In this document: in pieces, positions 1 through 11,100 of the stretch | Position numbering within the stretch: position 1 is the stretch's first letter | How the letters are laid out: the number at the start of each line of letters is the position of its first letter | Source: the human T2T-CHM13v2.0 reference genome, Homo sapiens | NCBI RefSeq assembly: GCF_009914755.1 | Contig: NC_060942.1 | Length of the DNA: 64,000 nucleotides | Direction: 5' to 3' (one strand) | Made by a program: the position numbers and the translations under genes | The notes under the pieces: generated by a model | Seen by the model: only the letters and a program-made list of their open reading frames with translations | Told to the model about the DNA's origin: nothing | The model's database searches: none

Positions 1-211
1 TTGTAGTATCTGGAAGTGGACATTTGGAGCGCTTTCAGGCCCATGTTGGAAAGGGAAATATCTTCCCGTAACAACTAGGCAGAAGCATTCTCAGAAACTT
101 ATTTGAGATGTGTGTACTCAACTAAGAGAATTGAACCACCGTTTTGAAGGAGCAGTTTTGAAACACTCTTTTTCTGGAATCTGCAAGAGTATATTTGCCT
201 AGCCTTGAGGA

Positions 212-228
212 TTTCGTTGGAAACGGGA
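212..228 (+). promoter_or_regulatory. CENP-B box (m1), repeated in every HOR
   Basis: TTTCGTTGGAAACGGGA matches the consensus YTTCGTTGGAARCGGGA. The next m1 copy is at 2243. Confidence 0.95.
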
Positions 229-549
229 TTGTCTTCAGATAAAATCTAGACAGAAGCATTCTCAGAAACTTCTTTGGGATGTTTGCATTCAAGTCACAGA
301 GTAGAACATTCCCTTTGGTAGAGCAGGTTTGAAACACTCTTTTTTTAGTATATGGAAGTGGACATTTGGAGCGCTTTCAGGCCTACGTTGGAAAAGGAAA
401 TATCTTCCCATAACAACTAGACAGAAGCATTCTCAGAAACTAGTTTCTGATGTGTGTCCTCAACTCAGTTGAACATTTCTTTAGACAGAACAGTTTTGAA
501 ACACTCTTTTTGTGGAATCTGCAAGTGGCTATTTGGCTAGATTTGAGGA

Positions 550-566
550 TTTCGTTGGAAACGGGA
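550..566 (+). promoter_or_regulatory. CENP-B box (m3), repeated in every HOR (mutated in unit 9)
   Basis: TTTCGTTGGAAACGGGA, a full consensus match. Confidence 0.95.
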
Positions 567-716
567 TTACATATAAAAAGCAGTCAGCAGCATTCTCAGA
601 AAGTTCTTTGTGATGATTGCATTCAAGTCACAGAATTGAACATTCCCTTTCACAGAGCAGGTTTGAAACACTCTTTTTGTAGTGTGTGTAAGTGGACATT
701 TGGAGCACTTACCGGC

Positions 717-733
717 CTAAGGTGAAAAAGGAA
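717..733 (-). promoter_or_regulatory. pJ-alpha (A-box)-like site in A-type monomer m4, repeated in every HOR
   Basis: The + strand reads CTAAGGTGAAAAAGGAA, a one-mismatch match to CTAYGGTGRAAAAGGAA (reverse complement of the pJ-alpha motif). It sits at the position homologous to the CENP-B box. Confidence 0.75.
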
Positions 734-887
734 ATATCTTCCCATAAAAACTAGACAGAAGCATTCTCAGAAACTTACTCGTGATGTGTGTCCTCAACTA
801 AAGGAGTAGAACCTTTCTTTTCATAGAGAAGTTTTGAAACGCTCTTTTTGTGGAATCTGCAAGTGGATATTTGGCTAGTTTTGAGGA

Positions 888-904
888 TTTCGTTGGAAGC
901 GGGA
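888..904 (+). promoter_or_regulatory. CENP-B box (m5), repeated in every HOR
   Basis: TTTCGTTGGAAGCGGGA, a full consensus match. It overlaps the EcoRI site GAATTC at 903-908. Confidence 0.95.
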
Positions 905-1225
905 ATTCATACAAATTGCAGACTGCAGCGTTCTGAGAAACATCTTTGTGATGTTTGTATTCAGGACACAGAGTTGAACATTCCCTATCATAGAGCAGGT
1001 TTGAATCACTCCTTTTGTAGTATCTGGAAGTGGACATTTGGAGCGCTTTCAGGCCTATGTTGGAAAAGGAAATATCTTCCCATAACAACTAGACAGAAGC
1101 ATTCTCAGAAACTTATTTGAGATGTGTGTACTCAACTAAGAGAATTGAACCACCGTTTTGAAGGAGCAGTTTTGAAACTCTCTTTTTCTGGAATCTGCAA
1201 GTGGATATTTGGCTAGCTTTGGGGA

Positions 1226-1242
1226 TTTCGCTGGAAGCGGGA
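1226..1242 (+). promoter_or_regulatory. CENP-B box, variant (m7), repeated in every HOR
   Basis: TTTCGCTGGAAGCGGGA has one mismatch to consensus but retains the nine core positions NTTCGNNNNANNCGGGN. Confidence 0.85.
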
Positions 1243-1391
1243 ATACATATAAAAAGCACACAGCAGCGTTCTGAGAAACTGCTTTCTGATGTTTGCATTC
1301 AAGTCAAAAGTTGAACACTCCCTTTCATAGAGCAGTCTTGAAACACCCCTTTTGTAGTATCTGGAACTGGACTTTTGGAGCGATTTCAGGG

Positions 1392-1408
1392 CTAAGGTGA
1401 AAAAGGAA
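1392..1408 (-). promoter_or_regulatory. pJ-alpha (A-box)-like site in A-type monomer m8, repeated in every HOR
   Basis: CTAAGGTGAAAAAGGAA, identical to the m4 site and 675 bp downstream of it. Confidence 0.75.
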
Positions 1409-1562
1409 ATATCTTCCCATAAAAACTGGACAGAAGCATTCTCAGAAACTTGGTTATGCTGTATCTACTCAACTAACAAAGTTGAACCTTTCTTTTGATA
1501 GAGCAGTTTTGAAATGGTCTTTTTGTGGAATCTGCAAGTGGATATTTGGCTAGTTTTGAGGA

Positions 1563-1579
1563 TTTCGTTGGAAGCGGGA
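1563..1579 (+). promoter_or_regulatory. CENP-B box (m9), repeated in every HOR
   Basis: TTTCGTTGGAAGCGGGA, a full consensus match. It overlaps the EcoRI site at 1578-1583. Confidence 0.95.
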
Positions 1580-1900
1580 ATTCATACAAATTGCAGACTG
1601 CAGCGTTCTGAGAAACATCTTTGTGATGTTTGTATTCAGGACAGAGAGTTGAACATTCCCTATCATAGAGCAGGTTGGAATCACTCCTTTTGTAGTATCT
1701 GGAAGTGGACATTTGGAGCGCTTTCAGGCCTATTTTGGAAAGGGAAATATCTTCCCGTAACAACTATGCAGAAGCATTCTCAGAAACTTGTTTGTGATGT
1801 GTGCCCTCTACTGACAGAGTTGAACCTTTCTTTTCATAGAGCAGTTTTGAAACACTCTTTTTGTAGAATCTGCAAGAGGATATTTGCATAGCTTTGAGGA

Positions 1901-1917
1901 TTTCGTGGGAAACGGGA
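1901..1917 (+). promoter_or_regulatory. CENP-B box, variant (m11), repeated in every HOR
   Basis: TTTCGTGGGAAACGGGA has one mismatch to consensus and the core positions are retained. Confidence 0.85.
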
Positions 1918-2116
1918 TTGTCTTCAGGTAAAATCTAGACAGAAGCATTCTCAGAAACTTCTTTGGGATGTTTGCATTCAAGTCACAGAGTAGAACATTC
2001 CCTTTGGTAGAGCAGGTTTGAAACACTCTTTTTGTAGTATCTGGAAGTGGACATTTGGAGCGCTTTCAGGCCCATGTTGGAAAGGGAAATATCTTCCCGT
2101 AACAACTAGGCAGAAG

Positions 2117-5100
2117 CATTCTCAGAAACTTATTTGAGATGTGTGTACTCAACTAAGAGAATTGAACCACCGTTTTGAAGGAGCAGTTTTGAAACACTCT
2201 TTTTCTGGAATCTGCAAGAGTATATTTGCCTAGCCTTGAGGATTTCGTTGGAAACGGGATTGTCTTCAGAGAAAATCTAGACAGAAGCATTCTCAGAAAC
2301 TTCTTTGGGATGTTTGCATTCAAGTCACAGAGTAGAACATTCCCTTTGGTAGAGCAGGTTTGAAACACTCTTTTTTTAGTATATGGAAGTGGACATTTGG
2401 ATCGCTTTCAGGCCTACGTTGGAAAAGGAAATATCTTCCCATAACAACTAGACAGAAGCATTCTCAGAAACTAGTTTCTGATGTGTGTCCTCAACTAACA
2501 CAGTTGAACATTTCTTTAGACAGAACAGTTTTGAAACACTCTTTTTGTGGAATCTGCAAGTGGCTATTTGGCTAGATTTGAGGATTTCGTTGGAAACGGG
2601 ATTACATATAAAAAGCAGTCAGCAGCATTCTCAGAAAGTTCTTTGTGATGATTGCATTCAAGTCACAGAATTGAACATTCCCTTTCACAGAGCAGGTTTG
2701 AAACACTCTTTTTGTAGTGTGTGTAAGTGGACATTTGGAGCACTTACCGGCCTAAGGTGAAAAAGGAAATATCTTCCCATAAAAACTAGACAGAAGCATT
2801 CTCAGAAACTTACTCGTGATGTGTGTCCTCAACTAAAGGAGTAGAACCTTTCTTTTCATAGAGAAGTTTTGAAACGCTCTTTTTGTGGAATCTGCAAGTG
2901 GATATTTGGCTAGTTTTGAGGATTTCGTTGGAAGCGGGAATTCATACAAATTGCAGACTGCAGCGTTCTGAGAAACATCTTTGTGATGTTTGTATTCAGG
3001 ACACAGAGTTGAACATTCCCTATCATAGAGCAGGTTTGAATCACTCCTTTTGTAGTATCTGGAAGTGGACATTTGGAGCGCTTTCAGGCCTATGTTGGAA
3101 AAGGAAATATCTTCCCATAACAACTAGACAGAAGCATTCTCAGAAACTTATTTGAGATGTGTGTACTCAACTAAGAGAATTGAACCACCGTTTTGAAGGA
3201 GCAGTTTTGAAACTCTCTTTTTCTGGAATCTGCAAGTGGATATTTGGCTAGCTTTGGGGATTTCGCTGGAAGCGGGAATACATATAAAAAGCACACAGCA
3301 GCGTTCTGAGAAACTGCTTTCTGATGTTTGCATTCAAGTCAAAAGTTGAACACTCCCTTTCATAGAGCAGTCTTGAAACACCCCTTTTGTAGTATCTGGA
3401 ACTGGACTTTTGGAGCGATTTCAGGGCTAAGGTGAAAAAGGAAATATCTTACCATAAAAACTGGACAGAAGCATTCTCAGAAACTTGGTTATGCTGTATC
3501 TACTCAACTAACAAAGTTGAACCTTTCTTTTGATAGAGCAGTTTTGAAATGGTCTTTTTGTGGAATCTGCAAGTGGATATTTGGCTAGTTTTGAGGATTT
3601 CGTTGGAAGCGGGAATTCATACAAATTGCAGACTGCAGCGTTCTGAGAAACATCTTTGTGATGTTTGTATTCAGGACAGAGAGTTGAACATTCCCTATCA
3701 TAGAGCAGGTTGGAATCACTCCTTTTGTAGTATCTGGAAGTGGACATTTGGAGCGCTTTCAGGCCTATTTTGGAAAGGGAAATATCTTCCCGTAACAACT
3801 ATGCAGAAGCATTCTCAGAAACTTGTTTGTGATGTGTGCCCTCTACTGACAGAGTTGAACCTTTCTTTTCATAGAGCAGTTTTGAAACACTCTTTTTGTA
3901 GAATCTGCAAGAGGATATTTGCATAGCTTTGAGGATTTCGTGGGAAACGGGATTGTCTTCAGGTAAAATCTAGACAGAAGCATTCTCAGAAACTTCTTTG
4001 GGATGTTTGCATTCAAGTCACAGAGTAGAACATTCCCTTTGGTAGAGCAGGTTTGAAACACTCTTTTTGTAGTATCTGGAAGTGGACATTTGGAGCGCTT
4101 TCAGGCCCATGTTGGAAAGGGAAATATCTTCCCGTAACAACTAGGCAGAAGCATTCTCAGAAACTTATTTGAGATGTGTGTACTCAACTAAGAGAATTGA
4201 ACCACCGTTTTGAAGGAGCAGTTTTGAAACACTCTTTTTCTGGAATCTGCAAGAGTATATTTGCCTAGCCTTGAGGATTTCGTTGGAAACGGGATTGTCT
4301 TCAGAGAAAATCTAGACAGAAGCATTCTCAGAAACTTCTTTGGGATGTTTGCATTCAAGTCACAGAGTAGAACATTCCCTTTGGTAGAGCAGGTTTGAAA
4401 CACTCTTTTTTTAGTATATGGAAGTGGACATTTTGATCGCTTTCAGGCCTACGTTGGAAAAGGAAATATCTTCCCATAACAACTAGACAGAAGCATTCTC
4501 AGAAACTAGTTTCTGATGTGTGTCCTCAACTAACACAGTTGAACATTTCTTTAGACAGAACAGTTTTGAAACACTCTTTTTGTGGAATCTGCAAGTGGCT
4601 ATTTGGCTAGATTTGAGGATTTCGTTGGAAACGGGATTACATATAAAAAGCAGTCAGCAGCATTCTCAGAAAGTTCTTTGTGATGATTGCATTCAAGTCA
4701 CAGAATTGAACATTCCCTTTCACAGAGCAGGTTTGAAACACTCTTTTTGTAGTGTGTGTAAGTGGACATTTGGAGCACTTACCGGCCTAAGGTGAAAAAG
4801 GAAATATCTTCCCATAAAAACTAGACAGAAGCATTCTCAGAAACTTACTCGTGATGTGTGTCCTCAACTAAAGGAGTAGAACCTTTCTTTTCATAGAGAA
4901 GTTTTGAAACGCTCTTTTTGTGGAATCTGCAAGTGGATATTTGGCTAGTTTTGAGGATTTCGTTGGAAGCGGGAATTCATACAAATTGCAGACTGCAGCG
5001 TTCTGAGAAACATCTTTGTGATGTTTGTATTCAGGACACAGAGTTGAACATTCCCTATCATAGAGCAGGTTTGAATCACTCCTTTTGTAGTATCTGGAAG

Positions 5101-8100
5101 TGGACATTTGGAGCGCTTTCAGGCCTATGTTGGAAAAGGAAATATCTTCCCATAACAACTAGACAGAAGCATTCTCAGAAACTTATTTGAGATGTGTGTA
5201 CTCAACTAAGAGAATTGAACCACCGTTTTGAAGGAGCAGTTTTGAAACTCTCTTTTTCTGGAATCTGCAAGTGGATATTTGGCTAGCTTTGGGGATTTCG
5301 CTGGAAGCGGGAATACATATAAAAAGCACACAGCAGCGTTCTGAGAAACTGCTTTCTGATGTTTGCATTCAAGTCAAAAGTTGAACACTCCCTTTCATAG
5401 AGCAGTCTTGAAACACCCCTTTTGTAGTATCTGGAACTGGACTTTTGGAGCGATTTCAGGGCTAAGGTGAAAAAGGAAATATCTTCCCATAAAAACTGGA
5501 CAGAAGCATTCTCAGAAACTTGGTTATGCTGTATCTACTCAACTAACAAAGTTGAACCTTTCTTTTGATAGAGCAGTTTTGAAATGGTCTTTTTGTGGAA
5601 TCTGCAAGTGGATATTTGGCTAGTTTTGAGGATTTCGTTGGAAGCGGGAATTCATACAAATTGCAGACTGCAGCGTTCTGAGAAACATCTTTGTGATGTT
5701 TGTATTCAGGACAGAGAGTTGAACATTCCCTATCATAGAGCAGGTTGGAATCACTCCTTTTGTAGTATCTGGAAGTGGACATTTGGAGCGCTTTCAGGCC
5801 TATTTTGGAAAGGGAAATATCTTCCCGTAACAACTATGCAGAAGCATTCTCAGAAACTTGTTTGTGATGTGTGCCCTCTACTGACAGAGTTGAACCTTTC
5901 TTTTCATAGAGCAGTTTTGAAACACTCTTTTTGTAGAATCTGCAAGAGGATATTTGCATAGCTTTGAGGATTTCGTGGGAAACGGGATTGTCTTCAGGTA
6001 AAATCTAGACAGAAGCATTCTCAGAAACTTCTTTGGGATGTTTGCATTCAAGTCACAGAGTAGAACATTCCCTTTGGTAGAGCAGGTTTGAAACACTCTT
6101 TTTGTAGTATCTGGAAGTGGACATTTGGAGCGCTTTCAGGCCCATGTTGGAAAGGGAAATATCTTCCCGTAACAACTAGGCAGAAGCATTCTCAGAAACT
6201 TATTTGAGATGTGTGTACTCAACTAAGAGAATTGAACCACCGTTTTGAAGGAGCAGTTTTGAAACACTCTTTTTCTGGAATCTGCAAGAGTATATTTGCC
6301 TAGCCTTGAGGATTTCGTTGGAAACGGGATTGTCTTCAGAGAAAATCTAGACAGAAGCATTCTCAGAAACTTCTTTGGGATGTTTGCATTCAAGTCACAG
6401 AGTAGAACATTCCCTTTGGTAGAGCAGGTTTGAAACACTCTTTTTTTAGTATATGGAAGTGGACATTTGGAGCGCTTTCAGGCCTACGTTGGAAAAGGAA
6501 ATATCTTCCCATAACAACTAGACAGAAGCATTCTCAGAAACTAGTTTCTGATGTGTGTCCTCAACTAACACAGTTGAACATTTCTTTAGACAGAACAGTT
6601 TTGAAACACTCTTTTTGTGGAATCTGCAAGTGGCTATTTGGCTAGATTTGAGGATTTCGTTGGAAACGGGATTACATATAAAAAGCAGTCAGCAGCATTC
6701 TCAGAAAGTTCTTTGTGATGATTGCATTCAAGTCACAGAATTGAACATTCCCTTTCACAGAGCAGGTTTGAAACACTCTTTTTGTAGTGTGTGTAAGTGG
6801 ACATTTGGAGCACTTACCGGCCTAAGGTGAAAAAGGAAATATCTTCCCATAAAAACTAGACAGAAGCATTCTCAGAAACTTACTCGTGATGTGTGTCCTC
6901 AACTAAAGGAGTAGAACCTTTCTTTTCATAGAGAAGTTTTGAAACGCTCTTTTTGTGGAATCTGCAAGTGGATATTTGGCTAGTTTTGAGGATTTCGTTG
7001 GAAGCGGGAATTCATACAAATTGCAGACTGCAGCGTTCTGAGAAACATCTTTGTGATGTTTGTATTCAGGACACAGAGTTGAACATTCCCTATCATAGAG
7101 CAGGTTTGAATCACTCCTTTTGTAGTATCTGGAAGTGGACATTTGGAGCGCTTTCAGGCCTATGTTGGAAAAGGAAATATCTTCCCATAACAACTAGACA
7201 GAAGCATTCTCAGAAACTTATTTGAGATGTGTGTACTCAACTAAGAGAATTGAACCACCGTTTTGAAGGAGCAGTTTTGAAACTCTCTTTTTCTGGAATC
7301 TGCAAGTGGATATTTGGCTAGCTTTGGGGATTTCGCTGGAAGCGGGAATACATATAAAAAGCACACAGCAGCGTTCTGAGAAACTGCTTTCTGATGTTTG
7401 CATTCAAGTCAAAAGTTGAACACTCCCTTTCATAGAGCAGTCTTGAAACACCCCTTTTGTAGTATCTGGAACTGGACTTTTGGAGCGATTTCAGGGCTAA
7501 GGTGAAAAAGGAAATATCTTCCCATAAAAACTGGACAGAAGCATTCTCAGAAACTTGTTTATGCTGTATCTACTCAACTAACAAAGTTGAACCTTTCTTT
7601 TGATAGAGCAGTTTTGAAATGGTCTTTTTGTGGAATCTGCAAGTGGATATTTGGCTAGTTTTGAGGATTTCGTTGGAAGCGGGAATTCATACAAATTGCA
7701 GACTGCAGCGTTCTGAGAAACATCTTTGTGATGTTTGTATTCAGGACAGAGAGTTGAACATTCCCTATCATAGAGCAGGTTGGAATCACTCCTTTTGTAG
7801 TATCTGGAAGTGGACATTTGGAGCGCTTTCAGGCCTATTTTGGAAAGGGAAATATCTTCCCGTAACAACTATGCAGAAGCATTCTCAGAAACTTGTTTGT
7901 GATGTGTGCCCTCTACTGACAGAGTTGAACCTTTCTTTTCATAGAGCAGTTTTGAAACACTCTTTTTGTAGAATCTGCAAGAGGATATTTGCATAGCTTT
8001 GAGGATTTCGTGGGAAACGGGATTGTCTTCAGGTAAAATCTAGACAGAAGCATTCTCAGAAACTTCTTTGGGATGTTTGCATTCAAGTCACAGAGTAGAA

Positions 8101-11100
8101 CATTCCCTTTGGTAGAGCAGGTTTGAAACACTCTTTTTGTAGTATCTGGAAGTGGACATTTGGAGCGCTTTCAGGCCCATGTTGGAAAGGGAAATATCTT
8201 CCCGTAACAACTAGGCAGAAGCATTCTCAGAAACTTATTTGAGATGTGTGTACTCAACTAAGAGAATTGAACCACCGTTTTGAAGGAGCAGTTTTGAAAC
8301 ACTCTTTTTCTGGAATCTGCAAGAGTATATTTGCCTAGCCTTGAGGATTTCGTTGGAAACGGGATTGTCTTCAGAGAAAATCTAGACAGAAGCATTCTCA
8401 GAAACTTCTTTGGGATGTTTGCATTCAAGTCACAGAGTAGAACATTCCCTTTGGTAGAGCAGGTTTGAAACACTCTTTTTGTAGTATCTGGAAGTGGACA
8501 TTTGGAGCGCTTTCAGGCCTACGTTGGAAAAGGAAATATCTTCCCATAACAACTAGACAGAAGCATTCTCAGAAACTAGTTTCTGATGTGTGTCCTCAAC
8601 TAACACAGTTGAACATTTCTTTAGACAGAACAGTTTTGAAACACTCTTTTTGTGGAATCTGCAAGTGGCTATTTGGCTAGATTTGAGGATTTCGTTGGAA
8701 ACGGGATTACATATAAAAAGCAGTCAGCAGCATTCTCAGAAAGTTCTTTGTGATGATTGCATTCAAGTCACAGAATTGAACATTCCCTTTCACAGAGCAG
8801 GTTTGAAACACTCTTTTTGTAGTGTGTGTAAGTGGACATTTGGAGCACTTACCGGCCTAAGGTGAAAAAGGAAATATCTTCCCATAAAAACTAGACAGAA
8901 GCATTCTCAGAAACTTACTCGTGATGTGTGTCCTCAACTAAAGGAGTAGAACCTTTCTTTTCATAGAGAAGTTTTGAAACGCTCTTTTTGTGGAATCTGC
9001 AAGTGGATATTTGGCTAGTTTTGAGGATTTCGTTGGAAGCGGGAATTCATACAAATTGCAGACTGCAGCGTTCTGAGAAACATCTTTGTGATGTTTGTAT
9101 TCAGGACACAGAGTTGAACATTCCCTATCATAGAGCAGGTTTGAATCACTCCTTTTGTAGTATCTGGAAGTGGACATTTGGAGCGCTTTCAGGCCTATGT
9201 TGGAAAAGGAAATATCTTCCCATAACAACTAGACAGAAGCATTCTCAGAAACTTATTTGAGATGTGTGTACTCAACTAAGAGAATTGAACCACCGTTTTG
9301 AAGGAGCAGTTTTGAAACACTCTTTTTCTGGAATCTGCAAGTGGATATTTGGCTAGCTTTGGGGATTTCGCTGGAAGCGGGAATACATATAAAAAGCACA
9401 CAGCAGCGTTCTGAGAAACTGCTTTCTGATGTTTGCATTCAAGTCAAAAGTTGAACACTCCCTTTCATAGAGCAGTCTTGAAACACCCCTTTTGTAGTAT
9501 CTGGAACTGGACTTTTGGAGCGATTTCAGGGCTAAGGTGAAAAAGGAAATATCTTCCCATAAAAACTGGACAGAAGCATTCTCAGAAACTTGTTTATGCT
9601 GTATCTACTCAACTAACAAAGTTGAACCTTTCTTTTGATAGAGCAGTTTTGAAATGGTCTTTTTGTGGAATCTGCAAGTGGATATTTGGCTAGTTTTGAG
9701 GATTTCGTTGGAAGCGGGAATTCATACAAATTGCAGACTGCAGCGTTCTGAGAAACATCTTTGTGATGTTTGTATTCAGGACACAGAGTTGAACATTCCC
9801 TATCATAGAGCAGGTTGGAATCACTCCTTTTGTAGTATCTGGAAGTGGACATTTGGAGCGCTTTCAGGCCTATTTTGGAAAGGGAAATATCTTCCCGTAA
9901 CAACTATGCAGAAGCATTCTCAGAAACTTGTTTGTGATGTGTGCCCTCTACTGACAGAGTTGAACCTTTCTTTTCATAGAGCAGTTTTGAAACACTCTTT
10001 TTGTAGAATCTGCAAGAGGATATTTGCATAGCTTTGAGGATTTCGTGGGAAACGGGATTGTCTTCAGGTAAAATCTAGACAGAAGCATTCTCAGAAACTT
10101 CTTTGGGATGTTTGCATTCAAGTCACAGAGTAGAACATTCCCTTTGGTAGAGCAGGTTTGAAACACTCTTTTTGTAGTATCTGGAAGTGGACATTTGGAG
10201 CGCTTTCAGGCCCATGTTGGAAAGGGAAATATCTTCCCGTAACAACTAGGCAGAAGCATTCTCAGAAACTTATTTGAGATGTGTGTACTCAACTAAGAGA
10301 ATTGAACCACCGTTTTGAAGGAGCAGTTTTGAAACACTCTTTTTCTGGAATCTGCAAGAGTATATTTGCCTAGCCTTGAGGATTTCGTTGGAAACGGGAT
10401 TGTCTTCAGAGAAAATCTAGACAGAAGCATTCTCAGAAACTTCTTTGGGATGTTTGCATTCAAGTCACAGAGTAGAACATTCCCTTTGGTAGAGCAGGTT
10501 TGAAACACTCTTTTTTTAGTATCTGGAAGTGGACATTTGGAGCGCTTTCAGGCCTACGTTGGAAAAGGAAATATCTTCCCATAACAACTAGACAGAAGCA
10601 TTCTCAGAAACTAGTTTCTGATGTGTGTCCTCAACTAACACAGTTGAACATTTCTTTAGACAGAACAGTTTTGAAACACTCTTTTTGTGGAATCTGCAAG
10701 TGGCTATTTGGCTAGATTTGAGGATTTCGTTGGAAACGGGATTACATATAAAAAGCAGTCAGCAGCATTCTCAGAAAGTTCTTTGTGATGATTGCATTCA
10801 AGTCACAGAATTGAACATTCCCTTTCACAGAGCAGGTTTGAAACACTCTTTTTGTAGTGTGTGTAAGTGGACATTTGGAGCACTTACCGGCCTAAGGTGA
10901 AAAAGGAAATATCTTCCCATAAAAACTAGACAGAAGCATTCTCAGAAACTTACTCGTGATGTGTGTCCTCAACTAAAGGAGTAGAACCTTTCTTTTCATA
11001 GAGAAGTTTTGAAACGCTCTTTTTGTGGAATCTGCAAGTGGATATTTGGCTAGTTTTGAGGATTTCGTTGGAAGCGGGAATTCATACAAATTGCAGACTG

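Larger units (their letters stand above)
86..2116 (+). repeat. HOR unit 1: 12-mer, 2031 bp (4-bp deletion variant)
   Basis: Reads CAACT^CAGTT at 461-470, versus CAACTAACACAGTT in the other units. The ORF offset 122->2153 is 2031 rather than 2035. Confidence 0.95.

Noticed and set aside
81-100. Heat-shock element in GAAgcaTTCtcaGAA
   Set aside because: The GAA/TTC units are separated by 3 bp rather than the 2 bp required by nGAAnnTTCnnGAAn.
571-580. TATA-like ATATAAAAAG downstream of the CENP-B boxes in m3 and m7
   Set aside because: This is a short AT-rich match in a satellite, with no evidence from sequence for promoter function.
86-2116. Assignment to DXZ1 (also a 12-mer of ~2.0 kb)
   Set aside because: DXZ1 is pentameric (SF3) and about 2057 bp. 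This HOR is 2035 bp with strict dimeric A/B alternation.
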